DNA of 64,000 bases from Candidatus Fervidifonticultor tertius (GCA_031459235.1 JAVKIY010000004.1:14448-78447); one strand, 5' to 3'; positions 51,932 to 61,062 are shown, counted from the first letter of the stretch. Numbers and translations: made by a program. Notes: a model not told the origin generated them from the letters alone.

Positions 51932-53674
51932 CTACCGCGACGGCGCGCCGGGGCGGCGCGGCGGCAATCCCGGGGTGACCACCAGCGTGCGCTCGTGCGT
52001 GTAGGTTACCTGACCCGGCTGGCCGCCGCGCATCCGGCGGACATAGCGGCGCGCGGTCACGTCCACGGGCACCTTCGCCGCGGCCCGACCCGCGCTGTAG
52101 TATGCGGCCAGCGCGGCGGCGGCCCGCACCGCCTCCTCGGTCGGCGGCCGCCCGGGGGTGAGCAGGACGACGTGCGCACCGGGCATGCCACGGGCGTGCA
52201 GCCACAGGTCGTTCGGGCCTGCCACCTCGAACGTCAGCCGGTCGTTCTCCCGGGCGCTGCGGCCGACGCGCGCGCGGATGCCGCCGGGGAGCTCGAACGT
52301 GCGGCCGGCCTCCGTCGTGCGCGGCGCGACGACCGGCCGCCCGCGACGCCGCAGCCCGGCGGCGATCAGGTCCTGCTCGATCTCCCACAGGTCGTCGGCA
52401 TCCTCGGCCCGGGCAATCGCGGTCGCGGCGGCCTCGAGGGAGGCGCGCTCGGCCTCGAGCGCCGCGCGCCGGGCGGGCAACCTGCGGCGCGCGGCCTGCG
52501 CGCGCGCGTAGCGTTTGAAGTACGTCTGGGCGTTCTGCACCGGGCCGAGCGCCGGATCGAGCGCGATGCACAGCGGCCGGCCGTCATAACCGACGACCTC
52601 GACCTCGGAGGCGCCCGGCGTGACCCGGGCCTGATAGGCCAGGAGCAGCTCGCCTGCCTCGCGCAGCCGGTCGGCGTTGGCCGCCGCGCGCTCGTCGGCG
52701 GCGAGTGCGTCGAGCGCGCGGGCCACGCGGGCGCTCGCCGCTGCGAGCGACGCGGCCAGGCTGGCGCGCACCTCCTCGACGCGCGCGACCTCCGCGGCCC
52801 GGCCGACCACGGCCTCGACCGCCTGACTCATTGAGGCCGGCTCAGGATAGAGCCCGTCGAACAGCCGCATGGGCAGCGCGGCATAGGCGGTCGGCTCGCC
52901 CCGCGCGTCGCGATACAGCGCCGGAGCGAACGCACCGGCGAGCACGGCGTCGCCGAGCCCGCGCGCGGCCTCCGCGAGCCGGCCGGCGTCCTCCAGCGCC
53001 GCCGGTCGCATCGGGTCCACGCCGGCCCGCAGGCAGATCTCCCACGCATGCGCCGGCCCGAGCCCGCCGGCGGCCGCCATGACCGCGCGCCAGGCCTGCG
53101 GCGGCCCGCCGCCCGCGGAGGGCTGCGCGGACGCCGCCATCACGTCGTCCGCCGTGACGGTCGCCGGAGTGCGGGCGGGCCGGGCCGGCGGCTCGTACGG
53201 TCGACCCGGCGTGGCGGGTCGCCGGCCCGCCGACGGCCGCAATGCGCCGATCACGAGGCCACCCGCGCGGAGGACGACGTTCCCGAAGCGTCCCATCAGC
53301 TCGATCACGAGGTCCTGCGGCCCCTCGAGCGTCTCGAAGCTGACGGTGACCACGCGCTCGAACGGGAGCGCTTCGATCGCGCGCACCGTGGCGCCCTCCA
53401 GGCGGCTACGCAGCATCTGCGCGAAGGGCGTGGCCTCGCCCTCCGGCGCTCGGCGTGTGAGCACCAGTCTCGTCCACCGCGGTTCCAGCGAGACGCGGAG
53501 CGCTCGGGCGCCGCGTCCCCAACGAAGCCCCACGGTGAGGTCGGCCGCCGCGGGCTGCAGCACGCGGCCCACGCGCGCGCCCGCCAGCGGCCGGCACTCG
53601 ACCAGGACCGCGGCCAGAATGACGCTGTCAAATGACGCCGACGGGGCGCGGGAGCGGGAGGAGGAAGCGTCCAT
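51932..53674 (-). CDS. rqcH: ribosome quality control factor RqcH (NFACT / fibronectin-binding protein A family)
   Basis: An NFACT-N start (FDSVILAAVLVE....L.GARVGRV.QP), a central coiled coil and a C-terminal NFACT-R/DUF814 block (DLWLHARGMPGAHVVL). The start is moved to ATG 53674. Confidence 0.85.
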   Translation of the reverse strand: MDASSSRSRAPSASFDSVILAAVLVECRPLAGARVGRVLQPAAADLTVGLRWGRGARALRVSLEPRWTRLVLTRRAPEGEATPFAQMLRSRLEGATVRAIEALPFERVVTVSFETLEGPQDLVIELMGRFGNVVLRAGGLVIGALRPSAGRRPATPGRPYEPPARPARTPATVTADDVMAASAQPSAGGGPPQAWRAVMAAAGGLGPAHAWEICLRAGVDPMRPAALEDAGRLAEAARGLGDAVLAGAFAPALYRDARGEPTAYAALPMRLFDGLYPEPASMSQAVEAVVGRAAEVARVEEVRASLAASLAAASARVARALDALAADERAAANADRLREAGELLLAYQARVTPGASEVEVVGYDGRPLCIALDPALGPVQNAQTYFKRYARAQAARRRLPARRAALEAERASLEAAATAIARAEDADDLWEIEQDLIAAGLRRRGRPVVAPRTTEAGRTFELPGGIRARVGRSARENDRLTFEVAGPNDLWLHARGMPGAHVVLLTPGRPPTEEAVRAAAALAAYYSAGRAAAKVPVDVTARRYVRRMRGGQPGQVTYTHERTLVVTPGLPPRRPGAPSR

Positions 53675-53784
53675 CGCCGGTGACACCATACGACACGGCC
53701 TGCGCTGCCGCAAGCGCGCCAAAGCGTCCGCGCGCTCACTCGCGCGGGCAGGAACGCCCTGGCGGGAGCCGAACAGGAGCGCTT

Positions 53785-54666
53785 GTGATCCGCAGCATGA
53801 CCGGGTTCGGTACGGCGGTCGCGGAGGTCCCGGGCGGGCGCATGACCGTCGAGGTCCGGTCGGTCAACCACCGGTTTAGCGAGGTCGCGGTCCGGCTGCC
53901 GCGTGACCTGGCGTCGCTCGAGGATCGCGCGCGCGCGCTGGTGGGGGAACGGGTGCGCCGCGGGCGCGTCGAGGTGATCGTCACGCGCGACGAGGGCGCA
54001 CGCCGGCCGCGCGCGGTCCGCGTGGACACCGAGCTCGCCGCCGCCTACGCCCGCGCCCTGCGAGAGCTGGCGGCGGCGGTCGGGGTCGCGGGAGAGGTGC
54101 CGCTCGCGCAGGTGGCCGCGTTGCCCGACGTGCTGCGCCTGGAGGATGAGCGGACCGACCCGGAGGCGGTCTGGCCGGGCATCGAGCGGGCGATCCGCGC
54201 CGCCACCGACGCGCTCGTCGCGATGCGCGAGGCCGAGGGCCGGCGTTTGGCCGCGGACCTGCTCGCGCGGGTGGCGGCGGTGGACGCGCTGGCCGCGGCG
54301 ATCGCGGCGCGAAGCCGCGAGGTCGTGCGCGTGTACGGCGAGCGGCTGCGCGCGCGGCTGGCCGAGATGCTCGCGGAGGTGCCGGTGGATGAAGCGCGCA
54401 TCGCCACCGAACTGGCCATGTTCGCCGAGCGCAGCGACATCACCGAGGAGCTCGTGCGGTTGCGCAGCCACCTAGTCCAGTTCCGTCAGACCGTGGCCGA
54501 CGAGGACGGCGCGGTGGGCCGCAAGTTAGACTTCATCCTGCAGGAGATGGGTCGGGAGACGAACACCATCGGCGCCAAGGCCAACGACCTGGAGATCACC
54601 CGGGCGATCATCGACATGAAGAGCGAGCTCGAGAGCCTGCGCGAGCAGGTGCAGAACGTCGAGTAG
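53785..54666 (+). CDS. yicC: YicC family stress-induced protein (endoribonuclease family)
   Basis: N-terminal (V)IRSMTGFG..........VE.RSVNHRF and the C-terminal DUF1732 block FILQEMGRETNTIGAKAND.EI. RBS AGGAG lies 5 nt before GTG 53785. Confidence 0.9.
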   Translation: MIRSMTGFGTAVAEVPGGRMTVEVRSVNHRFSEVAVRLPRDLASLEDRARALVGERVRRGRVEVIVTRDEGARRPRAVRVDTELAAAYARALRELAAAVGVAGEVPLAQVAALPDVLRLEDERTDPEAVWPGIERAIRAATDALVAMREAEGRRLAADLLARVAAVDALAAAIAARSREVVRVYGERLRARLAEMLAEVPVDEARIATELAMFAERSDITEELVRLRSHLVQFRQTVADEDGAVGRKLDFILQEMGRETNTIGAKANDLEITRAIIDMKSELESLREQVQNVE

Positions 54667-54678
54667 CGGCGGGCCGGG

Positions 54679-54945
54679 ATGGATGCGCGCCTGATCAACA
54701 TCGGTCACGGTAACATCCTGGCCGCGAACCGCATCGTCGCCATCATCAGCCCGGACTCCGCGCCGGTGAAGCGCATCGTGCAGGAGGCCCGCGAGCGGGG
54801 CACGCTGATCGACGCGACGTATGGGCGGCGCACGCGCGCCGTGGTCATCACCGACAGCGGGCACGTCGTGCTGTCGGCGATCCAGCCCGAGACCCTCGCC
54901 CATCGCTACGACGCGCGGGAGGCCGGCGACGAACCTGCGGAGTGA
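54679..54945 (+). CDS. remA: extracellular matrix/biofilm regulator RemA (DUF370)
   Basis: [70 protein letters not shown] is the near-invariant RemA/YlzA sequence pattern. Confidence 0.93.
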   Translation: MDARLINIGHGNILAANRIVAIISPDSAPVKRIVQEARERGTLIDATYGRRTRAVVITDSGHVVLSAIQPETLAHRYDAREAGDEPAE

Positions 54946-54958
54946 GCCGGGCGCGGAC

Positions 54959-55495
54959 GTGACGGTCGCGCTGGGCGGGCCCATCGGGGCGGGCAAGAGC
55001 ACGCTCGCCCGCTCGCTCGCCGACCGGCTCGGCGTGCCGCTGGTCTCCGCGGGCGGCGTCTTCCGCGAGCTCGCCCGGCGCCGCGGAGTTCACGTGGTCG
55101 AGCTCAACCGCCTGGCCGAGGACGACCCCTCGATCGACCGCGACCTGGACCGCCTGCAGGGCGAGCTCGCCCGCCAGGGGCCGTGCGTGGTCGAGTCGCG
55201 GCTCTCTGGCTGGATGGTGGAGGCCGACCTGAAGGTCTGGCTCGACGCCCCGCTGGAGGTGCGCGCGGCGCGCGTGGCCGCGCGGGAGGGCCAGCGCCCC
55301 GAGGCCGCGCGCGAGGAGCTGCTGGTGCGGGAACGCAGCGAGTGGTCGCGCTATCGCGCGCTCTACGGCATCGAGATGAGCGACCGCGCGCCCTACCAGC
55401 TCGTCATCGACACGAGCCGGTGGGACCCCGACGTGCTCGTCGAGGTCCTCGAGCGCCTGGCCCGCACGGTCCGGCGCGCCTCGCGCGCGCGCTAG
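54959..55495 (+). CDS. archaeal-type cytidylate (CMP) kinase family protein
   Basis: P-loop GGPIGAGKSTLA, then VSAG..FRE.A...G....E..RLAE.DP.ID...D........G..V.ESRL.GW......LKVWL.AP.EVRA.R.A.REG. This matches my memory of the archaeal Cmk family. GTG 54959 is the first in-frame start after the remA stop. Confidence 0.75.
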   Translation: MTVALGGPIGAGKSTLARSLADRLGVPLVSAGGVFRELARRRGVHVVELNRLAEDDPSIDRDLDRLQGELARQGPCVVESRLSGWMVEADLKVWLDAPLEVRAARVAAREGQRPEAAREELLVRERSEWSRYRALYGIEMSDRAPYQLVIDTSRWDPDVLVEVLERLARTVRRASRAR

Positions 55496-55508
55496 GCGCC
55501 CGTCCCGC

Positions 55509-57596
55509 ATGAGCGCCGACCCGCTCGCCGTCGCGCTCGATCTGCCCCTGCGCGCGGGCGACGCAAGCTTCACGTTCGCGGCTGGTGCGGCCGCCGGCGT
55601 GCCGCGCGGCACGGGCGTGGTCGTGCCCTTCGGGGCACGGCTGCTCCCGGGGATCGTGCTCGGGCCCGGCGAGCCGCGGCCAGGGTTGCGACCGGTGCTG
55701 GCGCGTGTCGAGCCCACACCGCTGGTGCCGGCGCCGGTCGTGGATCTGGCGGAGTGGACCGCGCGCGAGTACGTCTCCTCCACGGGCGAGGCCCTGGCGG
55801 TCGCCGTCCCGTGGGACGCGCTGTGGAGCGGGTTGCGCCTCTGGTGCCGCGACCGGGTCGCCGACGCCCTCTCGCCGCCGGCGCGGGCGATCGCCGGGCG
55901 CATCGCCGCCCGGCCGCAGCCGCTCTCGCGCGCGGCCCGCCTGTTCGTGGACGCGCCCGAGGCCCTCGCCGAGCTGGCCGAGGCCGGCGTGCTCTCCGCG
56001 ATCGTCGGGGCGCCTTCGGTCTGGCGCGCGCCCACGGCGGCGGCGCGCGTCGAGGCCGGGGATGTGGCGCCCGGCCCCGGGGAGGAGGCCGTGCGCGCGG
56101 TGGTCGCCGAGGCCATGGCCGCCGACCCACATGCGGTGCTCGTTGTCGGGTGGCCGCGCACGGCCGCGTACCTGGCGGCCGCGCGCGCGGCGCTCGCCAG
56201 CCGGTGGGCTGTTGCCGCGCTCTTTCCTTCAGTGGACGCCGCGGAGGGGTTCGCCGCGGCCGCCGCGGCCGCGGGCCTGCCGGTCCACCGGCTCCATGCG
56301 GGTTTGGCCCCCGCGGCTCGCCTGGCTGCGTGGCGTGGCCTGGCCGGCATGCGCGGGGTCGTGGTCGTCGGCACCCGCGCCGCGGTCTTCGCACCCGCGG
56401 CCGACCCGCTGCTGCTCATCGTGGATGACGAGGATGCCTCCGGCCACAAGGAGGAGCGGGCCCCGCGGTTCCTCACCGCCGCCGTCGCCGCGCACCGCGC
56501 GCGCGACGGGGCGCTCCTCGTCGGCGCCACCACACCGACCGTGGCGCGTTTCGCAGAGACGCAGACCGGCGCGTGCCGGCTCATCGCGCTCCCCACGCGG
56601 CGGCCCCGCGTCGGCGTCATCGACCTGCGCCGCCGCCCCGACCCCGCGGAGCCCATCAGCCGCGCCGCGCGCGAGGCCGTGCGGCGCGTGGCACGCGCCG
56701 GCGGCCGTGCGCTGGTCGTCGCCGACCGGAAGGGTTATGCCGCGGCGCTGCACTGTGCGGAGTGCGGCGCGGTGGAACGCTGCCCGTCCTGCGGCGTGGC
56801 GATGGTCTACGACCGCGCGAGCCGCCGGTTGGGCTGCCGGCTGTGTGGCCGCCGGCTGCCGGCGCCGGACCGCTGCGCGCGCTGCGGCGGGGTGCGGCTG
56901 CGGCCGCTGGGGGCCGGGACCGAGCGTCTGGCCGCGGTGCTCCGGCGCAGCGCGCCCCGCGTGATGCGCTTCGACGCCGACGCGGTCGCGCGGGGCGGCG
57001 ACGCGGACGCCATGCTCGCGCCGTTCCGCGCGCGCGGCGGGGCGCTGGTCGCGACCACCTATGTGCTGCCCTACCTGCCGTCGCTGCATCTTGACCTGAT
57101 CGTCCTGACCGCTGCCGACCGCTGGCTCCACCGGCCCGAGTATCGCGCCGCGGAGCGCGCGCTCGCCCTGCTGCGAACACTCGGCATCACGGGCGGCGCA
57201 CAGGTGCTGGTCGAGACCGCCGACCCTGAGCACCCGGTGCTGCGCGCGGTGCTGGCGCCGGGCCTACGGACCTTCTACGACGAGGAGCTCACGCTGCGCC
57301 GCCAGCTCGGGTTTCCGCCGTACCGTGTGCTGGCAGCGGTGACGATCAGCGGCCGCAGCGTCGCGTCGGTGGACAGCGTGGCCGCGCACCTGGCGGCGGC
57401 GCGCGCGGCCGGCGTCGAGGTGCTGGGACCGGCGCTGCTGCGCGCCCGGGCCGGTGCGCGCGAGGTCGGGCGGGCGCTGGTGGTTCGGGCCCCGGACCGC
57501 ACTGCCGTGCGCGAGGTCCTCTGGCCGGTGGTCACCGGCGCGGCGGTGCCGCCGGGCGTGCGCGTCGCCGTCGACGTCGAGCCGATCGAACTCTAG
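55509..57596 (+). CDS. priA: primosomal protein N' (PriA) homologue with degenerate helicase motifs
   Basis: The N-terminal 3'-DNA-binding pattern (F.F..........G..V.VPFG.R...G.V), the PriA-specific Cys-rich insertion (CAECG..ERCPSCGV.......R.L.CR.CG......RCARCGG) and the C-terminal domain are collinear with PriA. Walker A, motif V and motif VI are not conserved (see finding). Confidence 0.85.
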   Translation: MSADPLAVALDLPLRAGDASFTFAAGAAAGVPRGTGVVVPFGARLLPGIVLGPGEPRPGLRPVLARVEPTPLVPAPVVDLAEWTAREYVSSTGEALAVAVPWDALWSGLRLWCRDRVADALSPPARAIAGRIAARPQPLSRAARLFVDAPEALAELAEAGVLSAIVGAPSVWRAPTAAARVEAGDVAPGPGEEAVRAVVAEAMAADPHAVLVVGWPRTAAYLAAARAALASRWAVAALFPSVDAAEGFAAAAAAAGLPVHRLHAGLAPAARLAAWRGLAGMRGVVVVGTRAAVFAPAADPLLLIVDDEDASGHKEERAPRFLTAAVAAHRARDGALLVGATTPTVARFAETQTGACRLIALPTRRPRVGVIDLRRRPDPAEPISRAAREAVRRVARAGGRALVVADRKGYAAALHCAECGAVERCPSCGVAMVYDRASRRLGCRLCGRRLPAPDRCARCGGVRLRPLGAGTERLAAVLRRSAPRVMRFDADAVARGGDADAMLAPFRARGGALVATTYVLPYLPSLHLDLIVLTAADRWLHRPEYRAAERALALLRTLGITGGAQVLVETADPEHPVLRAVLAPGLRTFYDEELTLRRQLGFPPYRVLAAVTISGRSVASVDSVAAHLAAARAAGVEVLGPALLRARAGAREVGRALVVRAPDRTAVREVLWPVVTGAAVPPGVRVAVDVEPIEL

Positions 57597-57718
57597 GGAC
57601 GCGGGCGACGCCCGCCGGCCGGGCGCCGCGCAGGGAGCGCCCCGTGGTCTTGGCGAACCTCACCCCTCAGACCGCGGCGTGGTCGTCATCGAGGCTCGCG
57701 CCGCGAGAGAGGGGACCC

Positions 57719-59230
57719 ATGATGCCCATGATTGGCCGTCTCCCGCGCACCGCGCTGTTGCTGGTCGTCATCCTGGCCGCCAGCGGCTTGGCCCAGGCCG
57801 GGCCCGCGGCGCAGCCGGGCACCCTGACCGTCGCTTACCCGCAGCGCGTCGTCTCGCTCGACCCTCACGGGACCGCGGCGGCCGAACGCATCACGATCAT
57901 CCTGGGCCGCCACCTGTTCGACACGTTGGTGACGTGGGATCCGGCCGCCAAGCGGTTCCAGCCCGCGCTGGCCGAACGCTGGCGCAGCGTCAACCCTACC
58001 ACCTGGGAGTTCGAGCTCAGGCGGGGCGTGAAGTTCCACGACGGGAGCGACCTTACGGCCGAGGCCGTGCGGACCACCATCGAGCGCGCCAAGACGGTGC
58101 GCGGCCCGCTGACGCCGCTGTTCGCGAGCGTCACCGCCGAGGCGACCGACCCGCTGCGCGTGGTCCTGCGGACCGCGGCGCCGCTGGGGACCCTGCTGTC
58201 CAACCTGACCATGCTCGGAATTGTCCCGGCCGCCACCCCCATGACCCCGGCGTTCGGCGACCGTCCGATCGGGACCGGACCGTTCCGGTTCGTCGAGATG
58301 GTCCGCGACACGCGGGTGGTCCTCGAGGCCAACGTGAACTACTGGCGCCCGGGCATTCCCAAGGTCCGCCGGCTGGTCTTCGTTGACATCCCGGAGCTGT
58401 CGGGGCGGGTCACCGCCCTGGAGACCGGCGAGATCGACATGACCTTCCAGCTCACCCCCGAGGAGATCCGCCGGTTGCGGGGGAGCACGACCATCAAGAT
58501 CGAGGTCGGCCCCACGTTCTACACGCGGTTCCTCTGGCTGAATGCCAGCCGCAAGCCGCTCGATGACGTTCGCGTGCGGCGCGCGATCGCCCGGGCGCTG
58601 AACATCAGCGCGATCACGAGCTCACTGGTCGCCGGGATCGCGAAGCCCGCCACCGCGCCCATCGGCAGCAACGTCCTGTGCTACGCTGAGCAGCCGCCTT
58701 ACGGGTATAGCGGCGCGGAGGCGCGGCGGATGCTGGCCGAGGCCGGGTACGCGCGTGGGATCGACGTCGAGATGAAGTGGAACGACGCGCTGCCGAAGGA
58801 GCGCGAGGTGGCCGACGCGATCGTCGGCCAGCTCGCGCTGGTGGGCGTGCGGGTCCGGAGCACGCTCCAGCCGCGGGCGATCTGGGTGGACGACCTGGTC
58901 AGGCTGAACTGGGATATGAACCTCCTGGGGACCGGCGCGGTGACGGGCGACGCCGACTACTCGCTCGGCCGCCTCTACCACTCACGCGCCCGGCGCACCG
59001 GCTACGTGAACCCTGAGCTGGACCGGCTTCTCGACGAGGCGGCGAGCACGGTGAACACCGCAGCGCGCTGCCGGCTCTACCAGCGCGTCCAGGAGATCCT
59101 CTGGAGCGAGGTGCCTGGCGTCTTCCTCTTCGAGTCGCTGGAGGTCTACGCGTACCGCACCCGCGTCCAGAGCTTCACCGTGCCGACCAGCGAAATCTTC
59201 AGCCTGAGCGAGGTGTCGGTGGCGCCATAG
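57719..59230 (+). CDS. ABC transporter substrate-binding protein, family 5 (peptide/nickel/opine type)
   Basis: Signal peptide MMPMIGRLPRTALLLVVILAASGLAQA, then SBP_bac_5-like blocks (LD...........I......L......P.LAE.W.......W.F.LR.GVKFHDG..L.A..V). It is followed by two permease genes. Confidence 0.85.
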   Translation: MMPMIGRLPRTALLLVVILAASGLAQAGPAAQPGTLTVAYPQRVVSLDPHGTAAAERITIILGRHLFDTLVTWDPAAKRFQPALAERWRSVNPTTWEFELRRGVKFHDGSDLTAEAVRTTIERAKTVRGPLTPLFASVTAEATDPLRVVLRTAAPLGTLLSNLTMLGIVPAATPMTPAFGDRPIGTGPFRFVEMVRDTRVVLEANVNYWRPGIPKVRRLVFVDIPELSGRVTALETGEIDMTFQLTPEEIRRLRGSTTIKIEVGPTFYTRFLWLNASRKPLDDVRVRRAIARALNISAITSSLVAGIAKPATAPIGSNVLCYAEQPPYGYSGAEARRMLAEAGYARGIDVEMKWNDALPKEREVADAIVGQLALVGVRVRSTLQPRAIWVDDLVRLNWDMNLLGTGAVTGDADYSLGRLYHSRARRTGYVNPELDRLLDEAASTVNTAARCRLYQRVQEILWSEVPGVFLFESLEVYAYRTRVQSFTVPTSEIFSLSEVSVAP

Positions 59231-59268
59231 GCCGCTACCTGCTCCGCCGCGCGCTCGCGGCGCTCCTG

Positions 59269-60147
59269 GTGATCGGGGGCGTGGTCACGATCATCTTCCT
59301 GATCGTCCGGGTCATCCCCGGCGATCCGGCCGCCGTGCTGCTCGGTACGCACGCCACGGCGGAGCTGATCGCGGAGCAGCGCGCGAAGATGGGCCTCGAC
59401 CGGCCGCTCGCGGTGCAGTACGCGCTGTTCCTGCGCCAGGTGGCGGTCGGCGACTGGGGCCGCTCGTACCACGAGGGCCGGCCCGCGTTCGCCATCGTCC
59501 TGGAGCGGCTGCCGGCCACGCTCGAGCTGGCGGCCGCGGCGATCGCCGCCACGCTTGTCCTCAGCGTGCTCCTGGGGTCGCTGGCGGCGAGGCGGATCCA
59601 GTCGACCGCAGACTATGCCATCGGCGTGCTCTCGCTCGTCGGCCAGGCGATCCCGAACTTCTGGCTGGGCCTGGTGCTCATCCTCGTCTTCGCGCGGACC
59701 CTGCGCTGGCTGCCGTCGTTCGGCCGCGGCACGCCCTGGCACCTCGTCCTGCCGGCGGTCACCCTGTCGGTGCAGCTCATTGGTGTGATGACGCGCCTGA
59801 TCCGCGCCGGCATCGTCGAGACCGCGGGTCAAGACTACGTGCGGACCGCGCGGGCGAAGGGGCTAGCTGAGCCCGCGGTCATGACGCGCCACGTCTACCG
59901 CAACATGCTCATTCCCGTGGTCACGATGCTGGGGCTGCAACTTGGATCGCTCGTGGCCGGCGTGGTGGTCGTCGAGACCGTTTTCGCGTGGCCCGGGCTC
60001 GGTCGGCTCATCGTGACGGCGATCAACAACCGGGACTACCCCGTGGTGCAGGCCTCGGTGACGTTCGTCGCGGCGCTGTTCGTCGGGCTGAACCTGCTCG
60101 TCGACCTGACGTACGCCGCGCTGGACCCGCGGATCCGGTACACGTGA
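59269..60147 (+). CDS. ABC transporter permease (DppB/OppB-like); conserved N-terminus extends upstream to ~59227
   Basis: Motifs RVIPGDPA, the EAA-loop region (YVRTARAKGL.E..V..RH..RN) and 6 TM segments. 59269 is the first canonical start (GTG), but the family N-terminus (G)RYLLRRALAALLV is encoded in frame just upstream (see finding). Confidence 0.85.
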   Translation: MIGGVVTIIFLIVRVIPGDPAAVLLGTHATAELIAEQRAKMGLDRPLAVQYALFLRQVAVGDWGRSYHEGRPAFAIVLERLPATLELAAAAIAATLVLSVLLGSLAARRIQSTADYAIGVLSLVGQAIPNFWLGLVLILVFARTLRWLPSFGRGTPWHLVLPAVTLSVQLIGVMTRLIRAGIVETAGQDYVRTARAKGLAEPAVMTRHVYRNMLIPVVTMLGLQLGSLVAGVVVVETVFAWPGLGRLIVTAINNRDYPVVQASVTFVAALFVGLNLLVDLTYAALDPRIRYT

Positions 60148-61049
60148 GGGGCGACGGACCGCGACCGGCCGGACAGGACGGACCGGAGGCGGCGCGCTCC
60201 CGCCGCCGGCCATTGGTGGCCACGCGCAAGGGCCGCCGGGTCCTCGCGACGGGCGTGGTCCTCGCGGCGGTGGCGGTCGCGGGGCTGGCCGGCCCGCTGG
60301 TGGTGCCGTACAACCCGTTGGGGGTGCGGCTGGAGGAGCGCCTGCGGCCGCCGGGCGCCCGGCTCCGTGACGGGGCGATCGCGATCTTCGGCACCGACCA
60401 GTTGGGACGGGACCTCTTTGGGCAGGTCGTGCATGGCGCGCGGGTCTCGATGCTCGTGGCCGGCAGCACCGTGGTCATCGCGGGGTGTTCCGGCACGGCC
60501 GTCGGTCTGCTCGCCGGCTTCACGGGCGGGCGCACCGACACGGTGCTCGTGGCCCTGGTCGATCTGCAGCTCGCGTTTCCTCCGCTGCTGCTCGCGATCC
60601 TCCTCGCCGCGATGATCGGGCCCTCGCTGGCGAACGTCATCCTCACGCTGTCGGTGATCCGCTGGGCGGTGTTCGCGCGCCTGGCGCGCGGGTCGGCGCT
60701 CGCGCTACGCGAGAAGGAGTTCGTGGAGGCCGCGCGGGCGCTGGGCGCGAGCCAGTACCGCATCCTGCTCGCGCACCTGCTGCCGAACGCGCTGACCCCG
60801 CTCGTGATCCTCGCCACCCTCCAGATCGCGCTCCAGATGCTGGCCGAGGCCGCGCTAAGCTTCCTGGGGCTGGGGATCCCCCATCCGTTGCCGTCGTGGG
60901 GCGTGACCATCAGCCAGGGCCGGGACTACCTTCAGAACGCCTGGTGGATCGCCACGGTCCCCGGCGCGGTCATGACGCTCGTGGTGCTCAGCGTGGGGCT
61001 CTTCGGCGACGCGGTCCGCGACTACCTCGACCCGCGCTTCCAGCCCTAG
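60144..61049 (+). CDS. ABC transporter permease (DppC/OppC-like)
   Basis: Motifs GTDQLGRD.F, the EAA-loop region (FVEAARALGAS..RIL..H.LPN) and TM segments. GTG 60144 overlaps the upstream stop (GTGA). Confidence 0.85.
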   Translation: MRGDGPRPAGQDGPEAARSRRRPLVATRKGRRVLATGVVLAAVAVAGLAGPLVVPYNPLGVRLEERLRPPGARLRDGAIAIFGTDQLGRDLFGQVVHGARVSMLVAGSTVVIAGCSGTAVGLLAGFTGGRTDTVLVALVDLQLAFPPLLLAILLAAMIGPSLANVILTLSVIRWAVFARLARGSALALREKEFVEAARALGASQYRILLAHLLPNALTPLVILATLQIALQMLAEAALSFLGLGIPHPLPSWGVTISQGRDYLQNAWWIATVPGAVMTLVVLSVGLFGDAVRDYLDPRFQP

Positions 61050-61062
61050 CCGACTGGCCCGC

